59,515 nt of DNA, taken from IMG/VR virus record IMGVR_UViG_3300022699_000433, positions 1 through 59,515 of that record. One strand, 5' to 3'. Position numbers and translations under genes: made by a program. Positions 30,379 through 39,433 of the stretch are shown in pieces. Positions within the stretch are counted from its first letter, which is position 1. Each line of letters opens with the position of its first letter. The notes beneath the pieces were generated by a model. That model had not been told where the DNA came from. It ran no database searches and saw nothing but the letters and a program-made list of their open reading frames with translations. The stretch comes from a virus (taxonomy: Duplodnaviria; Caudoviricetes).

Positions 30379-31137
30379 ATGAAAAATAATTTAATAAAAT
30401 CAATTGAGGTATTCATAGAGCAAATTGTAGAATGCCGAGATAAATGGACAACCAAAGGAAGGCCGTGGTTCAGAGGCCAAAGAATAGATAGGCCATTACT
30501 TCCCCGATTATTCAGAGAACATTATGATGAGAATGAACTTGTTCAGATATTTAGGATGAAAGCTCCTATGCTATATGAAACACCAAATAAAAGCGAATGG
30601 GATAAATGGCTGTGCCTTATGCAGCATTCAGGTGCCCCCACAAGATTACTTGATTGGACAGAAGGAGCGTTGATTGCCTTATATTTTGCAATATATAAAT
30701 TTAACAAAAAAAACAGTAAACCTGTTGTATGGATGATGGACCCATTAATCCTTAATCAAATATCAATTGGTCAATTGATATACCCGCTTTCATTTTCTGG
30801 GCCGGGAATAAAAAATTTTCATTATGCATTTGAGAAAAGTTTAGACGCCTACGAAAAACCGGTAGCTCTTTATCCTGTAGAAGTCCATATAAGAATGAGT
30901 GTCCAAAAGAGTTGTTTCACTATACATGGAATTGACAACCGTAGTATAGAAGAGATTTTCTCTAATACTCATTTATTAAAGGAGAATTATTTAGTTAAAT
31001 TTAACATAGATATTAATTCTTGCGAAGAAATGTTGTCTATATTGAAGACCCTAGGCATTTCCCATTCCACTCTTTTCCCCGACATTGACGGTCTTGGATT
31101 TGAATTATCACAATATAAAATGATTGAAGCCAATTGA
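30379..31137 (+). CDS. FRG domain protein
   Basis: WFRGQ, MQHSGAPTRLLDWT, RMSVQKSCF, LFPDIDG. Confidence 0.9.
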   Translation: MKNNLIKSIEVFIEQIVECRDKWTTKGRPWFRGQRIDRPLLPRLFREHYDENELVQIFRMKAPMLYETPNKSEWDKWLCLMQHSGAPTRLLDWTEGALIALYFAIYKFNKKNSKPVVWMMDPLILNQISIGQLIYPLSFSGPGIKNFHYAFEKSLDAYEKPVALYPVEVHIRMSVQKSCFTIHGIDNRSIEEIFSNTHLLKENYLVKFNIDINSCEEMLSILKTLGISHSTLFPDIDGLGFELSQYKMIEAN

Positions 31138-31423
31138 GATGAAAAAATTACGATTTCTGCTATATTAGTAGCCACAGATATTTAGGTATTATCATTCAGC
31201 TCATAAGAAAATCAATTTCTGCAAATTAAAGAATACGATAAAGATTAATGAAATATATCGATATTCAAGTGTGATTATCCTATTCTTGAGTTACAACCAG
31301 CTTTTACGTATCAATCATATCAGAAGTAATCATTAGCGACACCGCAACATATTGTATAGCCCGGATCACGGCCAAAAGCTGCGATCACTGCTATATAGGG
31401 CAGTTTTCTTTTCAGCCTTGAAA

Positions 31424-31486
31424 CCTGAGATTTCCACTGGAAACCTGAAAATATCAGCCACCCCAAACCCCTGTGATCTGTCTGCC
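31424..31486. repeat. ~63-bp dispersed repeat, copy 2
   Basis: CCTGAGATTTCCACTGGAAACCTGAAAATATCAGCCA...CCTGTGATCTGTCTGCCC; same orientation as 16229-16291. Confidence 0.8.
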
Positions 31487-31589
31487 CCATCCGGATTGTG
31501 TCTCTCATTGCCGGTAGTCTGCGATTTTGGGCAAGAATCAATAACACTGAATTTATGAGCGAGCTCCTCGCTGGCGAATACGTTAACTA

Positions 31590-31639
31590 AATGATATTCA
31601 AAGATCTCTGGTCTGTTCTCAAGTCTGGATCGTGGCAAG
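31590..31639. repeat. 50-bp direct repeat, copy 2
   Basis: AATGATATTCAAAGATCTCTGGTCTGTTCTCAAGTCTGGATCGTGGCAAG. Confidence 0.85.
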
Positions 31640-31826
31640 GTGTCTTAAACTAAAACTTATCAATTTTCACTACTCAAAATCTTTCATCTAGATTGTATGT
31701 GCCTTTTCTATGGTGGGATTTTACTAATATGTTGTTGTCTTTCTCTCTTCTATTTCTCCTCTACTCCACCACTACGCCCGCCTCGCCCTCTCTCGCTTTG
31801 CTCGCTCGGCCCGTATTGAGATTTGT

Positions 31827-32516
31827 TTAAGGTGAATGATCTGTTGCAGAAATTCTTATCTTTTCCTTTGCTTTTTCAAAATCGTCTGTGCATCCACCAT
31901 TCCATTCAATATAAAAATATTGAGAATTAGATTTAGCGTTTTCCGCAAATACTTTTATTTCGAAACAATATTTTCCGGGACCAAATGCAGATCTTTGGCC
32001 AGTAGTGGGAGATTCATCCGAAAGAATGAATTTATCAGGATGCGTAGTCCTGAACATGCCAAGAGCAAATTGATAGGGCTTTCTAGGTATTAAATTTCTT
32101 TCACCTCCACCTCCAAAAGCCCACAGGAGATTTTTTGGAAGCCAATTTATGTCTTTTACCCACTTCCCCGCCTTATTATCCCATACAGATAGTATTACTG
32201 GTTGGCAGCTGTTAGCCAGTGTTTTGCCGTTATTAATGAGGGGTATAGTAATCGGATAACTAAATCCAGCTTGTTCGTTTTTTCTATTGAGTAATGGTGC
32301 TTGCCGAAAATATGGAGGCTCTTGTTCAAATGGCATGAATTCCAAGATAGGACGGTTAAACCGGATAAGTATCCCTTGTTGAAAAACAGCCCAAACAACC
32401 GCAGAGACAGTACCTATAGCCGCCATTGCTATCCAAAATAAACGACCGAAACATATTGCACCAACCACAATTATAGCAAGAATTAGTATAACTGATCCGA
32501 TTATGATTGCAGTCAA
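31827..32516 (-). CDS. membrane-anchored hypothetical protein
   Basis: 229 aa; two N-terminal hydrophobic helices, then a beta-rich domain; start uncertain. Confidence 0.6.
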   Translation of the reverse strand: MTAIIIGSVILILAIIVVGAICFGRLFWIAMAAIGTVSAVVWAVFQQGILIRFNRPILEFMPFEQEPPYFRQAPLLNRKNEQAGFSYPITIPLINNGKTLANSCQPVILSVWDNKAGKWVKDINWLPKNLLWAFGGGGERNLIPRKPYQFALGMFRTTHPDKFILSDESPTTGQRSAFGPGKYCFEIKVFAENAKSNSQYFYIEWNGGCTDDFEKAKEKIRISATDHSP

Positions 32517-32700
32517 TCGTTTGCTCCAACACTCTTTATAGATTCTCTACCCCCCGGCCGGTCACAAGACTCGGGACGCTATGTCCCTCTCGAAATGCTC
32601 CAATGCAAAAGTCATTCGTACCTGGTTGAATCCGATCCTACGAAGCAACATGATATAAAACGGCGAGCGAGTAATTCCTTTTTACGGGATTGATCTAATC

Positions 32701-33642
32701 CTATTTTTCTTTTCTGTGGATCTTATCGTGACAAACCGTGCAAAGGGTTATTAAGTTATCTTTGATGTTCTCACCGCCTTTCACGTGGTGCTTGACATGA
32801 TGCAATTCCAAATGCCGAGGATCCGAGGGATTCCATTCTTTATGCATCCAGCCGCATTCACGGCACTTATATCCATCGCGACGCAGGACCTCTCTTCTGA
32901 CATCATCGGGAATATGTCGATCATGTTCCGGACTCCGCCGATCAGCCTGCAGGACATAAATCCCGATGCCTAAATCAGGCCGACCGGTTGATTTTGTCAC
33001 CACCGGCCAACCAAATTCCGTGCGAAGCTCACGCACACGCCGCGCCCATTCCGTTTTATCCCCGGCGACGTAGCGCAGTTCTTCCCCGGTGACTCCAACC
33101 CCCACATTCGCCCGGAGAAAGCTCAGGATTTTGTCACGCACGGAACCGGGTTGCTTGCGGATCGTGTTCGCGATATTCCACCGTAAAGCCGCTTCACGGT
33201 CCTGTTCGGCGGTGAGCAGCACGTACTGACTGGGTTTCATGGTCTTGAATTCGGACGGCACTTCCGCATCCTCGGCTTCGCCCATCTCAGTAATTGTGAC
33301 GCCGCTCGCGATCGCCCAGCCGAATTGAACTCTGAGCTCGCGTACCCGCCTCGCATATTCCTGAATACCGGCAACGACAAGTAATTCGTCCCCGTCAATA
33401 ATGGTCCGGGGATACTTGCGGAAGTAGTAAAGAATTCGCTCCCTTGCCGATGCAGCATATTCGACCGGGATCAATGACTTGCCCAGGTCGCGCAATCCGT
33501 GAAAGATCGGAACCAAAGCAAGTACTTTTACCCGAAGTTCTCCCGATCGAAGTTCCGCTTCGAAATTTCTGATCAGCTCTTCGACTCTACTCCGAACGGC
33601 TTCGGTTTCTATCTGTTTCCGCTTGCTTCCCCTGCTTGTCAT
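32701..33642 (-). CDS. HNH endonuclease, probable restriction enzyme
   Basis: CRECG...ELHH...N..DNLITLCTVCH; duplicated ARRVRELR..FGW modules; coupled to vsr and the MTase. Confidence 0.85.
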   Translation of the reverse strand: MTSRGSKRKQIETEAVRSRVEELIRNFEAELRSGELRVKVLALVPIFHGLRDLGKSLIPVEYAASARERILYYFRKYPRTIIDGDELLVVAGIQEYARRVRELRVQFGWAIASGVTITEMGEAEDAEVPSEFKTMKPSQYVLLTAEQDREAALRWNIANTIRKQPGSVRDKILSFLRANVGVGVTGEELRYVAGDKTEWARRVRELRTEFGWPVVTKSTGRPDLGIGIYVLQADRRSPEHDRHIPDDVRREVLRRDGYKCRECGWMHKEWNPSDPRHLELHHVKHHVKGGENIKDNLITLCTVCHDKIHRKEK

Positions 33643-34045
33643 CTAAGAATCTTTCCAGCTTCCGCAACAGTTTTGCAGGCCTCCGGGTTTCGCATTCCCA
33701 GACTACCAGCACTTTCCATCCCATGCGCCGCAATGTCCGTTGGAATCGCTTATCGCGGTTCATGGTTTGATCAAGTTTCTTGTTCCAAAAGTCCGTATTC
33801 GTTTTCGGGCGCTTTGATCGCGAGCAACCCTTGTGCCCGTGCCAAAAGCAGCCGTGCACGAAAATCACCTTGCCGTGCCGCGGCAAAACAATATCCGGAT
33901 TGCCCGGAAGATCGCGTCGATGAATCCGAAACCGAAATCCCATGCGATGAACGAACGATCGAACCACGATCTCCGGCTTTGTATCGCGCCCCTTGACCCG
34001 ACTCATGATCCAGCTGCGCTTCTCCTTTGAGAAAACATCGGTCAT
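33587..34045 (-). CDS. vsr: very short patch repair endonuclease
   Basis: RSWIMSRVKGRDTKPE, LPGNPDIV, FVHGCFWHGH, VVWECE. Confidence 0.95.
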   Translation of the reverse strand: MTDVFSKEKRSWIMSRVKGRDTKPEIVVRSFVHRMGFRFRIHRRDLPGNPDIVLPRHGKVIFVHGCFWHGHKGCSRSKRPKTNTDFWNKKLDQTMNRDKRFQRTLRRMGWKVLVVWECETRRPAKLLRKLERFLDDKQGKQAETDRNRSRSE

Positions 34046-34046
34046 T

Positions 34047-35285
34047 TCACCGGTCGTTCATCGTTAGAAGCAGGTACACAACATCGGCAACGCGGGCGGC
34101 GAGCAAAGGGGGGACTGCATTACCGATCTGTTTTGCAATCTCGATTTTTGTGCCGGCAAAAGAAAAATCATCGGGGAACGTTTGGAACCGCGCGGCTTCT
34201 CTGTGTGTAATCGGTCGATGTTGTTGCGGATGAAGATATCGGCCCTTTTCGGGCTTGAAGAATTCCGTCCGGATCGTAAACGCCGGTTTATCCCACCACA
34301 GCCTTCCAAATAGATCCGTACCCCCGGTTTTTTTCCGTATCCAGCAGTCCGGCGTAAGATCGGGGGCGATTCGCTGTAAGTCAAACCGATTCATCCCTTC
34401 GGCCGGTACGGCTCTGTATCTTTTCCGGCTCAATTCGGTCGGGTTGCGGCCGAAATGTAGATCCAACGGAGGCTCGGCACTTGTGATTTCAGTTCCTTCG
34501 GGAAGAGGCAAGTCACCTATAGCATCTCTAACGGTTTTCCATTTTTCACAATTCGGCATGTGATTATTGTCGTGATTAAAAAAAGAGCTCGGTTGAACGC
34601 TGTTTCCGTTTGGATTGTAATGAGTTTTCCTGGGAGGAAACAATATTGCAGGATCAGCAAATTTGCATCCTATGATAAAGGCGCGAATGCGTGTTTGAGG
34701 GACACCGTAATCGGCGGAAAGGAGCTTGGCCTGCCAAACCTTGAAACCTAGAGATTTCGCCATTCCGACAATCTCGTCGTGCTCAAAGGTACCTAATAGA
34801 TAAGGAACATTTTCCATAACAAACACGGAAGCCCCGGCCCGATCAACTATCTCAAAAAAAGGTCTCCATAATTCTTTTCTTGGATCGTTCTCTCGATTTT
34901 TGTTCAAAAGACTGAAGCCTTGACAGGGAGGCCCTCCAATCACCACATCGGCTTCCGGAATTTCAAGCTCACTATCATCTAAAAACTCGATTATATCGCC
35001 AAAGACACAGTGCCCACCAAAATTTTTGTTATAAGTATCGACACAAAATTTATTATTATCGTTGGCCCAAATCGGCTTGAAGAGGTGACCGAAACGCTCC
35101 GAAAATCCCAATGACATCCCGCCTGCGCCAGAAAAAAGGTCGATAAGGTGAAAGTTTGTCTCCTTTTTTAAGAGATCACCGGCACAGCGAGCTTCGTAGA
35201 TTTCCTCATCCTTTCTCAGGATATGATTTCTATCAATGTTTATCGCATTATCGGTTAAGGGCATCCCGACCCGTATTTCATTCAA
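34047..35285 (-). CDS. C5-cytosine DNA methyltransferase
   Basis: DLFSGAGG, GGPPCQGFS, ENV, QTRIR, QIGNAVPP; start uncertain. Confidence 0.95.
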   Translation of the reverse strand: MNEIRVGMPLTDNAINIDRNHILRKDEEIYEARCAGDLLKKETNFHLIDLFSGAGGMSLGFSERFGHLFKPIWANDNNKFCVDTYNKNFGGHCVFGDIIEFLDDSELEIPEADVVIGGPPCQGFSLLNKNRENDPRKELWRPFFEIVDRAGASVFVMENVPYLLGTFEHDEIVGMAKSLGFKVWQAKLLSADYGVPQTRIRAFIIGCKFADPAILFPPRKTHYNPNGNSVQPSSFFNHDNNHMPNCEKWKTVRDAIGDLPLPEGTEITSAEPPLDLHFGRNPTELSRKRYRAVPAEGMNRFDLQRIAPDLTPDCWIRKKTGGTDLFGRLWWDKPAFTIRTEFFKPEKGRYLHPQQHRPITHREAARFQTFPDDFSFAGTKIEIAKQIGNAVPPLLAARVADVVYLLLTMNDR

Positions 35286-35570
35286 GAGATATTAAATTAG
35301 TCAAAACGTCCTGCTTCACCGTTTACAATATCTAGTTTATGCTATTAAGGATTACACCAATATATTGTATAAGGTCAATATTAAAATCGATTGAATCTAT
35401 ATACTATAGATAGACCATCCGTCCTCTATTAGTTAGGCGCTCAGTCGAGTCATTACGTCTCACCCGATAGAGGATTCTCAAAATATTTGCTGAGAGCCTC
35501 AACAGCGATTTCCTCCGTTGCCTCGCCCGCTTTGCCGCTTCACGGTGGAGGAATGCGACCAGGATCTCTG

Positions 35571-35628
35571 GCGAGGGATTGCGCGCTCAGTGCGCTATTC
35601 CTCGTCGCTGTCCATGTCATTGTTGGCC
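35571..35628 (-). other. truncated attC (R''/L'' half only)
   Basis: GGCCAAC-N5-CATGGACA plus hairpin GCGACGAGG...CCTCGC; L'/R' absent; R'' is complementary to GTTGGCC at the cassette start. Confidence 0.65.
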
Positions 35629-36479
35629 GTCTCCTTTTGTTCCAGTTCTTTTAGGCTAACTCCTTTCTCGTTCTTCCATGCGATGAGTCCGTTTGCGTGG
35701 CCGCCATGGATGACCGAGGCGGCGGCGCTGGGACTTGAGAATTCATAGTCTTTTGCGAAAACAAGCCTATCTGTTTCTTTGGTGAGAGTGCCTTCGGAGA
35801 GGAGTTGAGAACGGACAGTCGAAGGATATGGATACTTCTTGACGGAAGGCCGTTCTTCAAGAACAGCCTCTGATCCCTTTAGAACAAGAAAGCCGTTCTC
35901 TGTTGGCCGACCACTTGCCTTTACCATCTTGATGGTGCAGGTCAATAGTTCAGAGGGTGTAACCGGCAGGGAGAGCTTGACGACGGGCTTGAGAAAATCC
36001 TGTCCAAGGACTGGTAGTAGTTGCTCAACCTTTGCCAAGAACACATTCATGTCTGCCGCATCGGACTCAGGAAGGTGGGATCCGCTTGCGTTCGTGTTTT
36101 CCAACTCAAACCGGTCTGCCGCCTTCGTCATCTCGATAAGTTTACCTTCAAGGTATTTGATGTGGGCCTTGGTGAGGTTTTCGTCCTTGCTGACGAAGAA
36201 AATGACGGTCTTCCAAAAATCCCGATCGAAATGCCCCTTCAGCCTTGATCCGACGATTTCGGCCTCACCGACGTAGACCCTCGGCTTCCCCGTTTCGGCG
36301 TTTATTCCGGTCAGAAAGTAGATCCCCGGCTTCTTCGCTTCCTCTCGTTGCAGGACCAGCTCTAGCTGTGACCGTGGGCCTGCCACAGCTTTACCTGTCC
36401 AATTCGATATTTCCGCTGTTCTAATGGAGGCCGGATCACCTTCCGCCAAAAATATCTTTACCGTTGCTGTCTCTTTCAT
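35595..36479 (-). CDS. GIY-YIG nuclease-family protein with DUF4357-like C-terminus (gene cassette)
   Basis: GIYFL...VYVGE, KYLE, FSSPSAAASVIHGGHANGLIAWK; AAGGAG RBS right after the attC core. Confidence 0.88.
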   Translation of the reverse strand: MKETATVKIFLAEGDPASIRTAEISNWTGKAVAGPRSQLELVLQREEAKKPGIYFLTGINAETGKPRVYVGEAEIVGSRLKGHFDRDFWKTVIFFVSKDENLTKAHIKYLEGKLIEMTKAADRFELENTNASGSHLPESDAADMNVFLAKVEQLLPVLGQDFLKPVVKLSLPVTPSELLTCTIKMVKASGRPTENGFLVLKGSEAVLEERPSVKKYPYPSTVRSQLLSEGTLTKETDRLVFAKDYEFSSPSAAASVIHGGHANGLIAWKNEKGVSLKELEQKETANNDMDSDEE

Positions 36480-36489
36480 ATCTCTCCTT

Positions 36490-36613
36490 GGCCAACGCTC
36501 TGCTTCACAGGGCACAAAAGGTATGCGGACTGTAGGCGCAGTGCGTTTAATGATGAAGCTATTTTTGCCAAAGCCGCCCGCCTTTTGTTCTCCTGTGCAA
36601 GCGGTTGTTATGT
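36490..36613 (-). other. integron attC site (124 bp)
   Basis: R'' ACATAAC-N5-L'' CTTGCACA (extrahelical G) ... L' TGTGAAG-N6-R' GTTGGCC. Confidence 0.88.
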
Positions 36614-36617
36614 AATT

Positions 36618-37424
36618 TTATTTGAGTATTCTAACAATCTCGCCCAATAGAACATCTATATCATTTGAAAAATTAACCTGTGTCGTATTTGGAAGAGATT
36701 CTTTTCTCCTAATTTGTGTATGCAAATGTTGGTCTGCAATTTTTCTTGATGAATTTTCAAGATGCTGCATAGATTCTTTGAAAGATCTCGAGCCGCCATA
36801 ATTATTAGCTACTTCCAGAAATGTTTTATATGAAAAAATGGGCGGAACATGATCAAGCAAAACCCTTGTCAGTGTGATAATAGAAATATTACACTGGTTT
36901 TTGTAACACGTATTTAATTCTTCCAGAATTTTGATCAGCCGCGATAGATCAAAATACGTAGCTGCAATTTCTTTCAACTCCTCTAAGCGTGATCTATCCA
37001 CGTATTGCCGGTCTTGTGATGTGTCATTTGATGACTCACCATTTTGTTTGATTTTCAATCGTAGTTCTTTCTGAAGAATTGAGACCAAATTATTGGTCCT
37101 ATCCATATCTGGAGTATCGCAGGTAATAAACAAATCGCCATGATATCTTGATTCTATATAGATTACAGAAGAACCATCGCTTTTAGGGTAATAGCTGAAC
37201 AAAAGGCAGGAAACGGCATTATGATTTATTTCTGAAATGGCGTCCAAGTCATTCCAACCTAAATTTTTTGTTTCACTAATTCCATTAGCATGATTAAGAT
37301 GTGCAGTTAAGGAACACTTCTTTTCATCAATACCCAGAAAAATTGGCAGTTGCTTGAAGGCGTTTTTTATTTGACCCGGTTTAAAGGTAATTGGATGGTA
37401 AAATCTTGAAAGACTTGCACTCAA
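36618..37424 (-). CDS. hypothetical protein (gene cassette)
   Basis: 268 aa between two attC sites; C-terminal LSRLIKILEELN...RVLLDHVPPIF...RKIADQHLH domain. Confidence 0.75.
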   Translation of the reverse strand: MSASLSRFYHPITFKPGQIKNAFKQLPIFLGIDEKKCSLTAHLNHANGISETKNLGWNDLDAISEINHNAVSCLLFSYYPKSDGSSVIYIESRYHGDLFITCDTPDMDRTNNLVSILQKELRLKIKQNGESSNDTSQDRQYVDRSRLEELKEIAATYFDLSRLIKILEELNTCYKNQCNISIITLTRVLLDHVPPIFSYKTFLEVANNYGGSRSFKESMQHLENSSRKIADQHLHTQIRRKESLPNTTQVNFSNDIDVLLGEIVRILK

Positions 37425-37452
37425 ATCATTTCTCCTAAATACTGAGTATTAG

Positions 37453-37520
37453 ACATAACGCCGAATTAACCGGCAGCCGGGCGCTCTTTTCCGGCTGTCC
37501 GGTTGAATGAGATGTTATAT
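37453..37520 (-). other. integron attC site (68 bp)
   Basis: R'' ATATAAC-N5-L'' ATTCAACC ... L' GGTTAAT-N5-R' GTTATGT; stem CAGCCGG/CCGGCTG; two extrahelical bases. Confidence 0.88.
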
Positions 37521-37560
37521 GGCATTTATTTATCTCTCAAAATCTGTGTTTAAATTCTCA

Positions 37561-37761
37561 CTATTGAATATATTCTTGATAATATTGACAGTTTCTGCAA
37601 TAAGCCCGAGCCTTTTCAACCTCCGGTAAGGTGACTGTATCAAGATCCTCACCTGACTTTTTTTCGTGCCAAAGAAAGGCTCTATTAACAATATCCTGTT
37701 TTGGGCATCGCTTCTGCATAAAGGGCAAACAAGTTAGCCATCGGTCTTCATTTTCTTGCAT
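37561..37761 (-). CDS. small Cys-containing protein (66 aa)
   Basis: ATG after AAGGAG; C..C..CRNC. Confidence 0.5.
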   Translation of the reverse strand: MQENEDRWLTCLPFMQKRCPKQDIVNRAFLWHEKKSGEDLDTVTLPEVEKARAYCRNCQYYQEYIQ

Positions 37762-37792
37762 TTTGGACTCCTTCCATAAACTGTCCCCATGA

Positions 37793-38632
37793 TTATATCT
37801 TATCCGCTTTCTCCCTGTTACAATGCTCACACAATATTTGAATATTCCTTTCGGTATTGCTTCCCCCTTTTGAAAGTGGGATTATATGATCAAATTCCAA
37901 ATTTTCTTTACTGCCGCATTTGACACATTGCCCACCATCCCTTCTCCAAACAAACATCCTGACGCTTTCGGATATTGGCTCTCTGGATATTCCTGTTTCA
38001 GACGCTAATCGTTCAATTATTTCTAGTTCCTTTTGGAATTTCTCAAGCTTTTTCTGCTCTCTTACGTAATACTTTTTTATTATTAACTTCTGGTCTTCTT
38101 CGCTATGAATATCAGCGGTATTAAAATAGTAAAGATTATCTTTGTATATATAGAACGTAAATACACTAAATGTTTCTGCTATTTCTCGCTTCTTATCATC
38201 TATTTTATTTCGCGCGACTTCCACCCTCTCTTCAAATTTAGCCAAAGCTTCTCCATATTTATCTTGGGCTCTTTCATTTTTGTCATCGTCTCTCATGCTC
38301 GCGAGCAGTTTTCTTTCCTGAAGGTTATCATATGCTCTATTCCAAGACGAAGACGTGGGAGAGGGAAGATTTTCAGGCACATAAGTATGATGAAAGGCGG
38401 GCCGACTGGGGGGCACATTTGGAATTTTGATGTTGCTACAGTCGATATCCGATAAAATTCCAGTGATAGGTTGTGGTTCATGCATTTGGTTATTACAAAC
38501 TTCGTGTAAAGGCTTCGCTGAGGAAAACAAGATTGAGCATGGGCGTCCACATATTTTTATTGTGATCTGATCAAACTTTTTTTTCTTATCTCCCGGTTTA
38601 ATAAATCCCCTGCTTAAAATTTTCAACGCCAT
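37793..38632 (-). CDS. HNH endonuclease
   Basis: VWRRDGGQCVKCG...EFDHIIPLSKGGSN...NIQILCEHCNREK; AGGAGG RBS. Confidence 0.9.
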   Translation of the reverse strand: MALKILSRGFIKPGDKKKKFDQITIKICGRPCSILFSSAKPLHEVCNNQMHEPQPITGILSDIDCSNIKIPNVPPSRPAFHHTYVPENLPSPTSSSWNRAYDNLQERKLLASMRDDDKNERAQDKYGEALAKFEERVEVARNKIDDKKREIAETFSVFTFYIYKDNLYYFNTADIHSEEDQKLIIKKYYVREQKKLEKFQKELEIIERLASETGISREPISESVRMFVWRRDGGQCVKCGSKENLEFDHIIPLSKGGSNTERNIQILCEHCNREKADKI

Positions 38633-38704
38633 ATGAAGCCTCCTAAATCATGGGCGTTTTTAAGCAGACAAAAAGTAGGCATAAATTTTCCTATAAATCT
38701 TTTA

Positions 38705-39196
38705 TTAAATAGCATTGTCATGTTCTATTATTACTGCTTTTGCCTTTAAAAAGCCTTTTTCATGGCTTGATCCTCTTAATTCGGTGAGAGGACCCTGCTT
38801 GTTCGGTGGGGACTCTGGAATCTGGACATATTGTTCTATTCCACTTGCATCAACCATTTGCCAGAACGATTCATCTGGACGGGTTGTCCGTTCCTCATAA
38901 TTGGCATGATGAAGGAGGCAACTGCTTGCCGCCATATTAGAAACGGCAATCAGTGCGAAAGGCATTTGGTCAATACTCTTGTCTTTTATATCTATGCGTT
39001 GAAGATTTATGCAGATTACCACTCCTGCATCGCATGTTGAAGCAACGACAACAGCTTCGCAACATTTTCCCCTGAGCCCTTCAGGAATGATTGAGGGGAT
39101 GCAATCTTGATTTAATACACGATATTCTCCTGGATCACAAATCCTGCTAACCTCCTCAACTTCCTCCTTTTCCACATGAAAGAACTGACACTTCAT
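38705..39196 (-). CDS. hypothetical protein, first gene after the attI-like region
   Basis: 163 aa ORF; AGGGGG upstream. Confidence 0.6.
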   Translation of the reverse strand: MKCQFFHVEKEEVEEVSRICDPGEYRVLNQDCIPSIIPEGLRGKCCEAVVVASTCDAGVVICINLQRIDIKDKSIDQMPFALIAVSNMAASSCLLHHANYEERTTRPDESFWQMVDASGIEQYVQIPESPPNKQGPLTELRGSSHEKGFLKAKAVIIEHDNAI

Positions 39197-39203
39197 TTTT
39201 GTC

Positions 39204-39285
39204 CCCCTAAACATATATCATTGTGGATAGATGGAAAATTTTCTATATATTACCCTTATACAACAGAATATTTTCCACCTATTCC
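39204..39285 (-). other. attI-like region
   Basis: Between the intI remnant and the first array gene; imperfect inverted repeat GGATAGATGGAAAAT / ATTTTCCACCTATTCC; imperfect core GTTTAGG. Confidence 0.4.
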
Positions 39286-39349
39286 TATATTTTGGATTAA
39301 GATGCTGAAAATAACGCACTGATTTTTCACATTTTCTCAATATAATTTT

Positions 39350-39433
39350 ACGGAAAATAAGGCAAAATTCAGATCAGTTCTGCACCTCAAGCTTATGGAT
39401 CAGGTGCGGCAGGTACTTCGCTAGCTTCATTGC
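39350..39433 (+). pseudogene. intI: integron integrase 5' remnant
   Basis: ACG in place of ATG, then ENKAKFRSVLHLKLMDQVRQVLR*LHC, resembling the IntI N-terminal KL(L/M)DQVR..LR..HY motif; divergent from the attC array. Confidence 0.7.

Noticed and set aside
31756-31830. Possible attC after the membrane-protein gene
   Set aside because: Has a GCGAGCAAAGCGAG loop-like motif, but no pairing L'/R' boxes were found
34047-35285. Assigning a recognition sequence to the C5 methyltransferase
   Set aside because: Cannot be derived without REBASE comparison or methylome data
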